Positions 9,801-20,203 of a DNA stretch of 64,000 nt are shown one piece after another. Both the position numbers and the translations under genes were made by a program. The notes under the pieces are model-generated. The model was not told the DNA's origin. It ran no database searches and saw nothing but the letters and a program-made list of their open reading frames with translations. Every line of letters starts with the position of its first letter. The stretch's first letter is position 1. The DNA comes from Akkermansia muciniphila. GTDB taxonomy: Bacteria > Verrucomicrobiota > Verrucomicrobiia > Limisphaerales > BJHT01. The DNA lies in contig CAMAUZ010000031.1 of NCBI GenBank assembly GCA_945861535.1, positions 9,761 to 73,760 on the forward strand. The letters are read 5' to 3'.

Positions 9801-11411
9801 CCCCGCCGCCTGCACCTGCACGCGCGAGCCATACACCCGCGTCGTCGCCAGCCACCGCTCGCGCAACGCCGCCGCCTTCGCCGCATCCGCCGCCACGCTC
9901 ACGCAGAACAACTCCGTGCGCGCCACCAACTGCCGCGCCAGCGCCCCATCATCATCACCCAACACCAGCGCATACCCGCGATCCATCCCGCTCTCGCGCA
10001 ACCGCGCCACCAGCGCCGTCTCCTCTGCGGACATCGGTGACATCGGTGACATCGGTGACATCGGTGACACCGCGGACGCCCCAGCCGCCGCCACGTCGCC
10101 CGCGGGCGCAAACGCATACACATCCCCGCGCGTCGTCGCCGCGATGATCCGTCCATTCGCCACCGCCAGCTCCCGCACGTCGCCCGCGACCGGTGCGCGC
10201 CACAGTTCCTTGTCCGTCGCCGCGTCCACCGCCACCACCGCATCCTCGACCCCCAGGACCAGCACGCCACCCGCCTTCACCAGGCTGAACGCATTGCGCC
10301 CGATCATTTTTCCCTGCTGGATCAGCACGCTCGTCTTCCCGCGCGCCTGCTGCGGCGCGGGCCGCCCCGGCGCGGGCGGACGCGGCGTCACCGTCGTCAA
10401 CTGCGGAATCTGCCCGCGCAAAAACGTGATCGATTTCCCCGTCGCGATCTCATGCACATAAAACCCCAGCGTCCCGCTGCGATGCGAATACGCGGAATAA
10501 AACTTCTCCCCTTCCACCAGCACCGCATGCCCGCCCATCCCCGCGCGCGGCTCCGTGAACAGCAGCTTCCCCGTGCGCCGGTCCAGCCCCGCCGGCTTCG
10601 CGTATCCATTCGGCACCAGCAACACGTCGCGCCCCGCCGCGAGTGCGCCCTGCGGCGTCAGCCCGTAAATCCCGAAGTCCCCGTCATGAACGCCATGCTC
10701 GAGATTCGCCGCGTTCGTCGCGTTCATCAGATGGTTGTACTCCACCCCGGCGAATCCGCTCGTGTCATTGCACCAGATCACCCGCCCCGTCGCCGCCTCC
10801 AGCGCCCACACGAAAATCCCCTCGCTCGCCCACATCCCCGCCACGCAAAACGCCACGCCGCCATCCACCAACAACCCCGTCCGCAGCGGCCAACGCGAGA
10901 TCATCCGGTGATTCCCGCTCACCTGCTCCGCCCGCGGCGCCCCGCGAAACGACCACACTAGCCTTCCCGTCGCCGCCTCCACGCAATACGCCAGCCCGTC
11001 ATCCGATCCGAAATAAACCCGCCCCTCCGCAATCTGCGGCGCCACCCGCACCGGCCCGCCCGTCGTGAAATGCCACCGCTCCACGCCCGTTCGCTCATCC
11101 AGCGCCCGCACCGTGTCATCTGTTGAAGAACCGAAACACACGATCCCCGCCCCCACCACCGGCTGCGGCGCATAATCAAAATCCAGCCGGTTCAACATGA
11201 TCACATGCGGCGGCGGCCACGCCGGCGACGGCGGCTGCGACGCAACAAAATGCCACGCCAGCTTGAGCGGCAACCCTGGTGCCTCCCCCGTGATCCCCGA
11301 CCGCCCGATGTCATGCCGATGCGTTGGCCAGTCCTCGGCGCGCACCGGCCCCACGCCCGCCACGCCACCCAACCCGAGCGCGCCCATCACCCAAAAAATC
11401 CACAGCTTCAT
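6816..11411 (-). CDS. Large secreted protein: PQQ/BamB-like beta-propeller repeats, an embedded methyltransferase-like module, a CBM9-like region and a C-terminal malectin-like domain
   Basis: Track ORF 6816..11603. I chose Met65 (nt 11411), which gives a signal peptide (MKLWIFWVMGALGLGGVAGVGPVRA). Repeated motifs of the type DG.VY.....G.L.ALDA.TG...W indicate a beta-propeller. The block GYALVLGDDDGALARQLV...VVVTG resembles a class I methyltransferase fold. The C-terminus (FRVRLHFAEPDDVAAGQRVFDVELQGRVVLKDFDVVREAGG) matches a malectin-like carbohydrate-binding pattern. Confidence 0.85.
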   Translation of the reverse strand: MKLWIFWVMGALGLGGVAGVGPVRAEDWPTHRHDIGRSGITGEAPGLPLKLAWHFVASQPPSPAWPPPHVIMLNRLDFDYAPQPVVGAGIVCFGSSTDDTVRALDERTGVERWHFTTGGPVRVAPQIAEGRVYFGSDDGLAYCVEAATGRLVWSFRGAPRAEQVSGNHRMISRWPLRTGLLVDGGVAFCVAGMWASEGIFVWALEAATGRVIWCNDTSGFAGVEYNHLMNATNAANLEHGVHDGDFGIYGLTPQGALAAGRDVLLVPNGYAKPAGLDRRTGKLLFTEPRAGMGGHAVLVEGEKFYSAYSHRSGTLGFYVHEIATGKSITFLRGQIPQLTTVTPRPPAPGRPAPQQARGKTSVLIQQGKMIGRNAFSLVKAGGVLVLGVEDAVVAVDAATDKELWRAPVAGDVRELAVANGRIIAATTRGDVYAFAPAGDVAAAGASAVSPMSPMSPMSPMSAEETALVARLRESGMDRGYALVLGDDDGALARQLVARTELFCVSVAADAAKAAALRERWLATTRVYGSRVQVQAAGRGDARAGGAGGEEGRLPFAQYFANAVVVTGSPRAWVAADLYRMVRPAGGVLLFSGTERTEAEAFLRATGAPADEVRAGAAGPYLVRGRLPGALDWDSAFEADQRAKWPLRLLWFGGPTTAQVTDLKNNNPRAPAANGRYFVVGENTLTGLDAYNGRILWSRPIPRQSVDSRVTGDLVHNTDLVWSRELAHDYRRVLAVRGEQVFLTLGESILGGKESVIELDARTGEQRKIFGALPAVTNFSLAAPQTWKLPVDAEHAGEVTVAREAEALVVTLRTRDPVASELDEWDLFFDLRAAEARAGLYERGVFQLRIAPARDGRASATSRTGTGAEHPAVAVTGTRDARGTETVVRVPWAELEKIGGGLRGSFGFAATLNSHDGRAGERIRQSFLFSNPVADGINGGWANLALSEGETVARPTLVADMKAVIPKGRAALWPKKLDDGVSALLREHPLTGEAGPRFFQTGTGLCGGMDFSATTVIKRGGAAKLLSIYDFEDDSGLRNFVGVSAACGPSTTVAQGLMIVSEAKSRCVCNYPFRTTVALAPAETRLHEDWAVFHDRQPDTVVRQAAINLGAFGDRRAAGGTLWLGFPRQLGAGEALGYAKVPGTYDDAQRPGVWPVASSAAMQVPLTVEVAAGAGLGPYRWNADRVAIAGTGEPWIYASGYRGLRRATLKLDFLPRLGSVARAGARAPGPKLDAVLAVGEWAETPSVTLPGTKTRVWLEHDAETFYCAVARPPIKDHRSLLPKPSKTAVPQRDVLAEDSWELFFSDAASGRVVHLAVAGTGERWQALGAGEGKAEDATWAGAWQGAARLDAAGFTAEVAVPLATLRAAGLDVKTLGINFQMNRSRVAGEALAYLGVTGRERCLNFAPLTVGERGAEVARAFRVRLHFAEPDDVAAGQRVFDVELQGRVVLKDFDVVREAGGVRRALVKTFEHVEAGGEMTLELVPRGGAVTAETAPIVSGWEVVDEVFSPGAWRGGSSKFKAQSSRENPRNK
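10031..10066. repeat. Perfect 9-bp tandem repeat x4 (acatcggtg) inside the CDS, encoding (SPM)n
   Basis: Read directly: acatcggtg repeats four times. On the coding strand this gives SPMSPMSPMSPMS, in the linker before the methyltransferase-like module. Confidence 0.95.
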
Positions 11412-11923
11412 GATCGCAAAAATTTCCAGCCAGACCGGGGTCGCGGCGAAGCTTTCAGAGCCGGCGCGAGCGTCAACGACTATTCCTGCGGAAGTCCGGC
11501 CGCCCTCCGGCGGAGCGCGGACCTCCCCAGCCGCAGCGCCTTCTGCCTCCGCTCCGTGCTGGAGGCACGCAAGAAAATAGCCGGTTGTGAAACGTCGCCG
11601 CATTCCGCGTACCTCCCACCGACGTGGTGCGGCCTCCGCGCCTTACCAACCCGCCCTCGCCGCAGCGCAGTGACGGGGTGAACTCAATGCCAAACCTTCA
11701 TCACCAAGAACTTTGGAAGTATCTCGACCCGGCCAGCGAACTCATCCCCATGCAGCAAACTGAAAAACGACAGCCAAACCCAAGGTATCAGTTCCACGCC
11801 CGCCCGCAGTCGCTGACGTGAGGCGGCGGAATCTGCGGACGGTCACGGGGATCCGCCGCCTGACGGCGTCGGCTACGGGGTTGGGCGCCGGATGGCGGAG
11901 ACTGTGTGAAAATGTTGCCGCGG

Positions 11924-11975
11924 ACGTGAGAAGAACCCGAGCGCCGAAACGGTGCAGCATGAGGCCAACGTTCTT
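11924..11975. repeat. Family G repeat copy (gacgtgagRagaacccgagcgccgaaaYggtgcagcatg)
   Basis: About 90% identical to 19613-19665. It generates the spurious peptide MLHRFGARVLLTSAAT in track ORF 11742..12539. It sits within nested palindromes spanning 11818-12180. Confidence 0.8.
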
Positions 11976-12258
11976 TTGTGGGACTCGGCGAGCGGACGGA
12001 CCCAGACCGGGGTACCGCAGGCGTCCTTGCCTGCGAGTTCGGGCGGTGTCTCGCCGCCCGTTTCGACTCGGGGCGAGACGCCCCGCGAACTCGCAGGCGT
12101 GACGCCTGCGGACCGTCCGTTGGCAGGCGGATGGAACCCGTACAAAATGTGGGGAAATCCGCCTCCTCACGTCGGCGGCTGCATCCCCTGCGCGGATTTT
12201 CCCACAGTCTGTGCGGTTCGGTGGCGCGCTGAGGAGGGGCGCGCCCATCCTCATTGAC

Positions 12259-13737
12259 TCAGGGCAGGTCGGTCGCGCCCATGAGGAAGCGGTCGCATTC
12301 GCGGGCGGCACCGCGGCCTTCGTTGAAGGCCCAGACGACGAGGCTCTGGCCGCGGCGGCAGTCGCCGGCGGCGAAGACTTTCGGAATGCTGGTGGCGTAT
12401 TTGCCATGCTCGGCCTTGATGTTGCTGCGCGGGTCGCGTTCCACGCCGAGGCCGTCGAGCAGCGGTTGTTCGGGTCCGAGGAAGCCCATCGCGAGGAGGA
12501 CGAGTTGCGCGGGGACGATGCGGTCGGTGCCGGGGACATCGACGGGGATGAACTGGCCTTTCTCGTTTTTGTCCCACTTGATTTGCACGAGGTGGACGGA
12601 GTGGAGATTGCCTTGCGCGTCAGCGATGAATTTCTTGGCGGTGGTGAGATAGACGCGGGGGTCCGCGCCGAATTTGGCGGCGGCTTCTTCCTGGCCGTAG
12701 TCGAGCTTGTAGGTCTTGGGCCATTCGGGCCAGGGATTGTCCTTGGCGCGTTCGAGCGGCGGCTGGGGGAGAATTTCGACTTGGATCAGGCTGCGGCAGC
12801 CGTGGCGCATCGAAGTGCCCACGCAGTCGGTGCCGGTGTCACCGCCGCCGATGATGATGACGTCCTTGTCCTGCGCGCTGATGGGCGGGGTGGATTTGTC
12901 GAGGAGTGCCTTGGTGTTGCCGTGGAGGAATTCCATGGCGAAATGCACGCCCTTCAAACTGCGGCCTTCGATGGGGAGATCGCGCGGCTTGGTCGCGCCG
13001 GTGCAGAGGACGACGGCGTCGTAGTCGGCGAGAAGCTGCTGGGCGGTGAGATCTCGGCCGACCTCGGTGTTGCAGGCAAATTTCACGCCTTCGCGTTCGA
13101 GCAACTCGATGCGGCGGAGCACGACTTCCTGCTTGTCGAGCTTCATGTTGGGGATGCCGTACATGAGCAGGCCGCCGGGGCGGTCGGCGCGCTCGAAGAC
13201 GGTGACGGTGTGGCCGGCCTTGTTGAGCTGTGCGGCGGCGCACAGGCCGGCGGGGCCGGAACCGATGACGGCGACTTTCTTGCCAGTGCGCTTCTTGGGC
13301 GGCTCGGGGTTGACCCAGCCTTTTTCCCAGCCGTGGTCGATGATGGCGGCCTCGATGTTCTTGATGGTGACGGGCGGGGCATTGATGCCGAGCACGCAGG
13401 AGCCTTCGCAGGGCGCGGGGCAGACGCGGCCGGTGAACTCGGGGAAATTGTTCGTCTTGTGCAGGCGGTCGAGGGCCTCGTGCCAGAGGCCGCGATAGAC
13501 GAGGTCGTTCCACTCGGGGATGAGGTTGTTGATGGGGCAGCCGCTGGCCATGCCGCTGATGAGCTGGCCGGTGTGGCAGAAGGGGATGCCGCAATCCATG
13601 CAGCGCGCACCCTGCTGGCGCAGCTTGGCGTCATCCATGTGCTCGTGGAATTCGTTCCAGTCGCGGATGCGTTGGAGCGCGCTGCGGTCGAGCGGAAGTT
13701 CGCGGACGTAGTCGAGGAATCCAGTGGGTTTGCCCAT
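12259..13737 (-). CDS. gltD: Glutamate synthase (NADPH) small subunit
   Basis: 492 aa. The sequence [15 protein letters not shown]...[11 protein letters not shown]...[14 protein letters not shown]...[17 protein letters not shown] is a canonical GltD pattern with its Fe-S and FAD/NAD motifs. Confidence 0.97.
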   Translation of the reverse strand: MGKPTGFLDYVRELPLDRSALQRIRDWNEFHEHMDDAKLRQQGARCMDCGIPFCHTGQLISGMASGCPINNLIPEWNDLVYRGLWHEALDRLHKTNNFPEFTGRVCPAPCEGSCVLGINAPPVTIKNIEAAIIDHGWEKGWVNPEPPKKRTGKKVAVIGSGPAGLCAAAQLNKAGHTVTVFERADRPGGLLMYGIPNMKLDKQEVVLRRIELLEREGVKFACNTEVGRDLTAQQLLADYDAVVLCTGATKPRDLPIEGRSLKGVHFAMEFLHGNTKALLDKSTPPISAQDKDVIIIGGGDTGTDCVGTSMRHGCRSLIQVEILPQPPLERAKDNPWPEWPKTYKLDYGQEEAAAKFGADPRVYLTTAKKFIADAQGNLHSVHLVQIKWDKNEKGQFIPVDVPGTDRIVPAQLVLLAMGFLGPEQPLLDGLGVERDPRSNIKAEHGKYATSIPKVFAAGDCRRGQSLVVWAFNEGRGAARECDRFLMGATDLP

Positions 13738-13748
13738 GTCAGTTCTGA

Positions 13749-14432
13749 TTAAATCCCGTCAAAAATTTTTACCAATGAAACGCGGAAGCCGGGTAGCACG
13801 GAATTGCCGGTCAACATCCGGTCGCCGCGCAACAGTTCAAAGCCCCGGCCCGGAAGGTACACACGCACGGTCTTGTTCTTGGGGTCAACCATCCAGGCGA
13901 GCCGCGCTCCGTAGGAAAGGTAGAGTTGCATCCTGCGTTCGGTCTTGGTGATCGAATCCGAAGGCGAGAGCACTTCCACCGCAAGGTCTGGCGCGGCGTG
14001 GAACATCGCGTCGAGTCCGCCGGCTGGGAGAATGAGGTCCATCCGCTCTTTGCTGACGTAGGAGATGTCCGGCTCGAAACAATGCTCCATGCTCAGGCGA
14101 AAACCCGTCTGGCCGTCGAACAGTTTCCCAAGTTTGTTTTCGTAAACATGCGCGCCCAAGTAATAGGAGAGTTGCATGATTACCGCGCCGTGTCTGGGTT
14201 TGGCAGGAGGCATGGCAATGATCTTTCCGTCGCAAAGTTCATATTTGACATCCGTGTCCGCGCCCAGCGCGAGCAACTCCTCGTCGGTCCAATAGCTGCC
14301 TTTTGGTTTCAACGAACGCGTGCCGCCCTCCCACACTCCCCGCACCTGCGGTGAGGTTGGCACCTTCGCTAGCCTTGCACTGCGTGCGCAACGCGAAGGT
14401 TTGGCCGGAGACAGATTCTTCACAAATGACAT
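13749..14432 (-). CDS. Uma2 (DUF820) family endonuclease
   Basis: Track ORF 13749..14489. I chose Met20 (nt 14432) so that it does not overlap the gltB stop at 14455. The sequence is typical of Uma2 PD-(D/E)xK proteins: [19 protein letters not shown]...EPDISYV...[13 protein letters not shown]...[18 protein letters not shown]. The start codon is uncertain because the conserved domain begins about 45 aa in. Confidence 0.8.
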   Translation of the reverse strand: MSFVKNLSPAKPSRCARSARLAKVPTSPQVRGVWEGGTRSLKPKGSYWTDEELLALGADTDVKYELCDGKIIAMPPAKPRHGAVIMQLSYYLGAHVYENKLGKLFDGQTGFRLSMEHCFEPDISYVSKERMDLILPAGGLDAMFHAAPDLAVEVLSPSDSITKTERRMQLYLSYGARLAWMVDPKNKTVRVYLPGRGFELLRGDRMLTGNSVLPGFRVSLVKIFDGI

Positions 14433-14454
14433 TTTGCTGTGGGCGTCGCTGACA

Positions 14455-17400
14455 TCAACCACCACCCACCCGCGCCGCGTCCTTCGCATTCTCCTCGAAC
14501 GCCCGCGTCATCGCCTCATCGCCGGTGAGGCCGTCGGCTTGGGCTTTCTTGAGCGATTGCAGCACGCGCTTGTAGTCCTTGGGCATGACTTTCACGAACT
14601 GCGGCAGGCACTGGTCCCACGCGGCGAGAATCTTCGCGGCGCGGGTGCTCTTGGTGTTGCTGGCGTGGTTTTCGATCATGGCCTTGAGGTCGGCCACATC
14701 CTCGGGTTCGAGCTTTTCCAGGGCGACCATCTGTTTGTTGCACTTGGTGGCGAAGTCGCCGGCTTCATCCAGCACGTAGGCCACGCCGCCGGACATGCCT
14801 GCGGCGAAGTTGCGCCCGGTCGGCCCGAGCACGACAACCTTGCCGCCGGTCATGTACTCGCAGCCGTGGTCGCCCACCGCCTCGACGACCGCCGTCACGC
14901 CGGAGTTGCGGACGCCGAAGCGTTCGCCCGCCATGCCGCGGATGTACACCTCGCCGCTGGTCGCGCCGTAGAGCGCCACGTTGCCGGTGATGATGTTGTC
15001 CTCGGGCACGAAGGTGGAACCTGGGGGCGGATAGAGAATGATCTTCCCGCCGCTCAGGCCCTTGCCGAGATAGTCGTTCGCGTCGCCCTCGAGTGTGAAG
15101 GTCATGCCCGGAGGCATGAACGCGCCGAAGCTCTGGCCCGCGCTGCCGTTGAAGGTGATCTGCACCGTGTCTTCGGGCAGGCCCGCCGGTCCGTGGCGGC
15201 GCGTGATCTCGCTGCCGACGATGGTGCCGACGACGCGGTTGACATTGCGGATGGGCAGGGTGGAACGCACCGGCTCCCGCCGCTCGATGGCCGGCCGGCA
15301 GACCTTCATCAGCGTGGACATGTCGAGCGACTCGGCGATGCCGTGGTCCTGCGTCATCTGGCAGAAGCGACCCACTTCGGGACCGGCCTCGGGTTGGTAA
15401 AGAATCGAGCTGAAATCGAGGCCCTTGGCTTTCCAATGATCCACGGCCTTGCGGGCTTCGAGGCGGTCGGTGCGGCCGACCATCTCGGTGATCGTGCGGA
15501 AGCCGAGCTGCGCCATGATTTCACGCACTTCCTGCGCGATGAACTTCATGAAGTTCACCGCGTGCGCGGGATCGCCGGTGAAGCGCTTGCGCAGTTCCGG
15601 GTCCTGTGTGGCCACGCCAACGGGGCAGGTGTTGAGATGGCAGACGCGCATCATGATGCAGCCGAGCGACACAAGCGGCGCGGTGGCGAAGCCAAACTCC
15701 TCCGCCCCGAGCAGCGCGGCGATGACCACGTCGCGGCCGGTCTTCAACTGGCCGTCGGTCTCGACGGCGATGCGCGAGCGGAGGTTGTTCAACACGAGCG
15801 TCTGGTGCGTTTCGGCGAGGCCGAGTTCCCACGGGATGCCCGCGTGCTTGATCGAGGTCTGGGGCGACGCGCCCGTGCCGCCATCGAAACCGCTGATGAG
15901 CACCACGTCCGCGTGCGCCTTGGCGACACCCGCCGCGATGGTGCCCACGCCGACTTCGGCGACGAGCTTCACGCTGATGCGCGCGTGGATGTTCGAGTTC
16001 TTCAGGTCGTGGATCAGTTCCGCCAAATCCTCGATGGAATAAATGTCGTGATGCGGCGGCGGCGAGATGAGGCCGACGCCGGGCGTCGAGTGCCGCACCT
16101 TGGCGATCCACGGGTACACCTTGGCGCCGGGCAACTGGCCGCCTTCGCCGGGCTTGGCACCCTGGGCCATCTTGATCTGGAGTTCCTTCGCGTGAACGAG
16201 GTAGTTGCTCGTCACGCCGAAGCGGCCCGAGGCGACCTGTTTGATCGCGGAATTTTTCGAGTCGCCATTCGCCTCCAGCGTATAGCGCGCGGGGTCTTCG
16301 CCGCCTTCGCCGGTGTTGCTGCGGCCGCCGATGCGGTTCATCGCGATGGCGAGCGCCTCGTGGGCTTCGCTCGAGATGGATCCGTAGCTCATCGCGCCGG
16401 TCTTGAAACGCTTCACGATGGCTTCGACCGACTCAACTTCCTCGATGGGCACCGACGCGTTGGGCTTGAAGTCCAGCAGGCCGCGCAAGGTACACCACGC
16501 CTTGTTCTGGTCGTTTACCAGCGCGGAGTATTCCTTGAAAATCTTGTAGTTCGCCCCGCGCACGGCGCTCTGGAGCTTGTGAACGGTCTGCGGATTGAAG
16601 AGGTGATACTCGCCCTCGCTGCGCCATTGATACTGGCCGCCGACATCGAGCGTGTGGCCGTTGACCTGCCGTTCAGGGAACGCGTGGCGGTGGCGGTTTT
16701 CGACTTCCTTCGCGATCACCTCCAGGTCCACGCCTTCGACGCGGCTGGCGGTCCAGGTGAAATACTTGTCCACCACGGCGCTCGAGAGGCCGATGGCTTC
16801 GAAGATTTGCGCGCCACGATAGGATTGAATCGTGGAGATGCCCATCTTCGAGGCGACCTTCACCACGCCCTTCACGGCGGCCTTGGCAAAATTCTTGCAC
16901 GCGGTCTTGTGGTCCACGTTCACGAGCAGGCCCTGGCGGATCATGTCGTCGAGCGTCTCGAAGGCGAGATACGGATTGATCGCGCCGCAGCCGTAGCCGA
17001 TGAGCAGCGAGAAATGATGCACTTCGCGCGGTTCGCCCGATTCGAGCACGAGGCCGACGCGCGTGCGCGTGCCCTTGCGGATGAGATGATGATGCAGGCC
17101 GCTGACGGCGAGCAGCGAGGGGATCGCTGCGTTCTTCGCATCAATGCCGCGGTCGGAGAGGATGAGAATGTTGATGCCGTCGGCGATGGACTGGTTCGCC
17201 TTCTTAAACAGGTCGTTGAGCGATTTCTCCATTCCCTTCGCGCCTTTTCCCACCGGATAGAGAATTGAGAGCGTGACGGATTTGTAACCCGGCTGGTCGA
17301 GATGCTTGAGCTTGGCGAACTCCTCGTTCGTGAGGATCGGGGACTTGAGTTCGATGAGGTGACAGCTCTCGGGCACGGGATTGAGCAGGTTCTTCTCGGA

Positions 17401-19083
17401 ACCGATCGTTGTCTCCGCGCTCGTGACAATTTCCTCGCGGATACAGTCGATGGGCGGGTTCGTGACCTGCGCGAAGAGTTGCTTGAAATAGCCGAACAAC
17501 GACTGCGGCTTGTCCGACAGCACGGCCAGCGGTGTGTCCGTGCCCATCGAGCCGACGGCTTCCACGCCGTCGCGCGCCATCGGGACCATGAGCAGGCGCA
17601 AATCCTCGAAGGTGTACCCAAACGCCTGCTGCCGCTGGAGCACGGTATCGTGGTCGGGCAACGGCAGCTTGCCGGGGTCGGGCAGCGCGGCCAGCTCGAT
17701 CATGTTCTGGTTCAGCCATTGGCGATACGGATGCGCCTTGGCGATGGAATCTTTGATCTCCTCGTCGGCCACGATGCGCCCCTGTTCGGTGTCCACGAGG
17801 AACATCCGGCCGGGCTGGAGCCGCCCTTTTTGCAGCACATTTTCCGGTGCGATGTCGAGCACGCCCGCCTCGCTGGCCATGATGACGAGGTCGTCCTTGG
17901 TGACATAGTAGCGCGTCGGGCGCAGGCCGTTGCGGTCGAGGGTTGCGCCGATGATTTTGCCGTCGGTGAACGCGATGGAAGCGGGGCCATCCCACGGCTC
18001 CATCAGGCACGAATGGAATTCGTAAAAGGCCTTCTTCTCGTCGCTCATGGACTCGTGATTGGTCCACGGCTCGGGAATCATCATCATCAACGCGTGCGGC
18101 AGCGAACGGCCGGCGAGCACGAGCAGTTCGAGGCAGTTGTCGAACATCGCCGAGTCGCTGCCGTTCGGGTCGATGACCGGCAACGTGCGCTGGATGTCCT
18201 CGCCGAAAAGGTCGGACTCGAAGAGCGCCTGGCGGGCGTGCATCCAGTTGATGTTGCCGCGGAGCGTGTTGATCTCGCCGTTATGCGCGATGTAGCGGTA
18301 AGGATGCGACCGCGCCCAGCTCGGAAAGGTGTTCGTGCTGAAACGCGAGTGGACCAGCGCCAGCCCCGACTCCATCGACTCCTGCTTGAGATCGGGGAAA
18401 TACTTTCCGACCTGCGCGGTCAGGAGCATGCCTTTGTACACGATCGTCTTGTAGGACAGGCTGCACACGTACCAGTACGCCGCGCCATCCATCGTCGAGC
18501 AGCGGATTTCGTTATAGGCCCGTTTGCGGATGACGTACAGCTTGCGCTCGAAGGCGAGGTCGTCGGTGAGCGACGCGTCGCGGCCGATGATCGGCTGCCG
18601 GACGTGCGGCTCGGAAGCTTTCGCCGTCTCGCCGAGCGAGCGGTTCACTGTCGGGACCGTGCGCCAGCCGAGGAAATGCTGGCCTTCCGAGCGCACGATT
18701 TTCTCGAACTTCTGCTCGATTTTGCGGCGCTGCTGCGCGTCGTGCGGGAGGAAGATCAGGCCGGTGCCATATTGGCCGGCCTCGGGCAGCGAGAGTTTTT
18801 CTTTCGCGCACGCCTCGACGAGGAACTTGTGCGGCATCTGGAGGAGAATGCCCGCGCCGTCGCCGGTGTTCTCCTCGCAACCGCACGCGCCGCGGTGATC
18901 GAGGTTCTGGAGAATCTGGAGGCCCTGCGCGACGATCGCGTGCGACTTTTGCCCCTTGATGTGGGCGATGAACCCGACGCCACAGGCATCGTGTTCAAAG
19001 CGCGGATCGTACAGGCCCTGCTTCCGCGGCAGGTCCAGCAGTTGCACGGGTCGGTTTTTTTCCATCGGCGTGTCAATCGTCAT
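14455..19083 (-). CDS. gltB: Glutamate synthase large subunit
   Basis: 1542 aa. It has the N-terminal amidotransferase motif ([15 protein letters not shown]), the FMN/Fe-S central domain and the C-terminal GXGXG domain. This is unambiguous GltB. Confidence 0.98.
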   Translation of the reverse strand: MTIDTPMEKNRPVQLLDLPRKQGLYDPRFEHDACGVGFIAHIKGQKSHAIVAQGLQILQNLDHRGACGCEENTGDGAGILLQMPHKFLVEACAKEKLSLPEAGQYGTGLIFLPHDAQQRRKIEQKFEKIVRSEGQHFLGWRTVPTVNRSLGETAKASEPHVRQPIIGRDASLTDDLAFERKLYVIRKRAYNEIRCSTMDGAAYWYVCSLSYKTIVYKGMLLTAQVGKYFPDLKQESMESGLALVHSRFSTNTFPSWARSHPYRYIAHNGEINTLRGNINWMHARQALFESDLFGEDIQRTLPVIDPNGSDSAMFDNCLELLVLAGRSLPHALMMMIPEPWTNHESMSDEKKAFYEFHSCLMEPWDGPASIAFTDGKIIGATLDRNGLRPTRYYVTKDDLVIMASEAGVLDIAPENVLQKGRLQPGRMFLVDTEQGRIVADEEIKDSIAKAHPYRQWLNQNMIELAALPDPGKLPLPDHDTVLQRQQAFGYTFEDLRLLMVPMARDGVEAVGSMGTDTPLAVLSDKPQSLFGYFKQLFAQVTNPPIDCIREEIVTSAETTIGSEKNLLNPVPESCHLIELKSPILTNEEFAKLKHLDQPGYKSVTLSILYPVGKGAKGMEKSLNDLFKKANQSIADGINILILSDRGIDAKNAAIPSLLAVSGLHHHLIRKGTRTRVGLVLESGEPREVHHFSLLIGYGCGAINPYLAFETLDDMIRQGLLVNVDHKTACKNFAKAAVKGVVKVASKMGISTIQSYRGAQIFEAIGLSSAVVDKYFTWTASRVEGVDLEVIAKEVENRHRHAFPERQVNGHTLDVGGQYQWRSEGEYHLFNPQTVHKLQSAVRGANYKIFKEYSALVNDQNKAWCTLRGLLDFKPNASVPIEEVESVEAIVKRFKTGAMSYGSISSEAHEALAIAMNRIGGRSNTGEGGEDPARYTLEANGDSKNSAIKQVASGRFGVTSNYLVHAKELQIKMAQGAKPGEGGQLPGAKVYPWIAKVRHSTPGVGLISPPPHHDIYSIEDLAELIHDLKNSNIHARISVKLVAEVGVGTIAAGVAKAHADVVLISGFDGGTGASPQTSIKHAGIPWELGLAETHQTLVLNNLRSRIAVETDGQLKTGRDVVIAALLGAEEFGFATAPLVSLGCIMMRVCHLNTCPVGVATQDPELRKRFTGDPAHAVNFMKFIAQEVREIMAQLGFRTITEMVGRTDRLEARKAVDHWKAKGLDFSSILYQPEAGPEVGRFCQMTQDHGIAESLDMSTLMKVCRPAIERREPVRSTLPIRNVNRVVGTIVGSEITRRHGPAGLPEDTVQITFNGSAGQSFGAFMPPGMTFTLEGDANDYLGKGLSGGKIILYPPPGSTFVPEDNIITGNVALYGATSGEVYIRGMAGERFGVRNSGVTAVVEAVGDHGCEYMTGGKVVVLGPTGRNFAAGMSGGVAYVLDEAGDFATKCNKQMVALEKLEPEDVADLKAMIENHASNTKSTRAAKILAAWDQCLPQFVKVMPKDYKRVLQSLKKAQADGLTGDEAMTRAFEENAKDAARVGGG

Positions 19084-19612
19084 GTCAGGTCGTCGTTAAA
19101 CCCGCGGAGTTTTTACGCGAAGCCGCGCCACACGCAATAGTCTAGGTAAGATTTTCACGCCGCTAACACACACGCCCACCATTGTGCCCGGAACTAATGC
19201 TGATTTTCCCCTGCTTTTCCGCCGGAACCTCGCGGGTAGCCGTCGAGGTGACGACGCGGCACGGGCGCACGGCGGGCCTCTCGCTCCGTCCGGTGGCCCG
19301 TCGGGCGGAACGGAAGAACTGGCCACGCCTGCCGTTGCCCGAAGCGCGCGAGGCGTTGCTGGCCTCCGCGGGTTGGGCCAGCAAGGCACCGCGTTGCTTG
19401 ACACGGAAACACCCGTCATCGGCGTGACCGCAGGAAAGGTACGTCTCGAGTTGGGGAAGCGTGCCGGGACCTCGCGACCGACGAACGAGACGGTGAACCT
19501 CTCCCACGCCGCCGGTTGGGGCCGCGCGGGGCAGGGCGGGGTGACCATGCGCGGTAAAGGCAAACTCGAAACGCGCGGCGATTCGGCGGAAGCGGCCGAG
19601 GCGCTGGCGGTG

Positions 19613-19665
19613 GTCGCCGCCGACGTGAGGAGAACCCGAGCGCCGAAATGGTGCAGCATGGGGCC
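19613..19665. repeat. Family G repeat copy
   Basis: The sequence gtcgccgccgacgtgaggagaacccgagcgccgaaatggtgcagcatggggcc matches 11924-11975. A more diverged copy lies at 19848-19890, and a hairpin version at 59405-59480. Confidence 0.8.
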
Positions 19666-20120
19666 GTCGTACCCGAAAACGGAGGGGGGGGTTGGCTGGT
19701 GCCGCCCGCGGTGCCCCGGCGGATTCCTCCCGCAGATTCAGGGAGGCCAACAGATGGGGGACTTTAATCTGTGGGCCTTCCTGAATCTGCGGGAGGCTTT
19801 TTGAACCGGGAGGGAAACTTATCACCGACGGTCCAGGTAGCCCCGTGGTGACGGGAACCCGAGCGCCCAGACGGCGCAGCCTGGAGCCAGCGCACCCGGA
19901 AACGGAGGGGGTACGTTGGCGGGCCGAGTGGGAGACGAGGCCCGCGAAGCCGTTCACCTGGCCTGCCGCGTCGCCGCGCTGCTTCTCCTGCTCCAGCCCG
20001 CCCTCGACGCCAATTATCAGCGCGTCAGCGCAGGCACCGAGACCGGGAAGCTGAGGCTGGCCCGGTGATTGCCCCCGCCTCGGCTGCGCTTCGGCGCGCT
20101 GGGCAAAAAAGCCACCTGGC

Positions 20121-20150
20121 CAACAAAAAGGGCCGCCAATCAGGCGGCCC
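20121..20150 (-). terminator. Rho-independent terminator downstream of the heme-binding dehydrogenase gene
   Basis: The minus strand reads GGGCCGCC-tgatt-GGCGGCCC followed by TTTTTGTTGG. It lies 55-80 nt after the stop at 20204. A (tgtgc)x5 pentanucleotide repeat at 20152-20177 sits between the stop and the stem. Confidence 0.75.
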
Positions 20151-20203
20151 TTGTGCTGTGCTGTGCTGTGCTGTGCAGGGCGGGAGCGGACGTTGCCGCC
20201 GCG

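Noticed and set aside
6784-10040. Multiple 100-450-aa ORFs (6784..7833, 7598..8095, 8670..10040, 8926..9855 and others) rich in R/P/G/A.
   Set aside because: All are alternative frames or the opposite strand of the 1531-aa propeller/malectin gene, which has clear repeat and domain structure.
11742-12539. 265-aa ORF, and the similar 19096..19659 ORF, sharing MLH[RH]FGARVLLTSAAT as a possible conserved small-protein family.
   Set aside because: The shared peptide is produced by the family G repeat. The remainder is low-complexity sequence crossing nested palindromes, with no coding signature.
19084-20200. 1.1 kb gene-free region upstream of gltB as a possible structured RNA (RNase P RNA, tmRNA, riboswitch).
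   Set aside because: I could not find the hallmark motifs, such as the GAGGAAAGTCC-type P4 strand or a tRNA-like end. The region is largely accounted for by family G and other palindromic repeats. A covariance-model scan (Rfam) would be needed to be sure.
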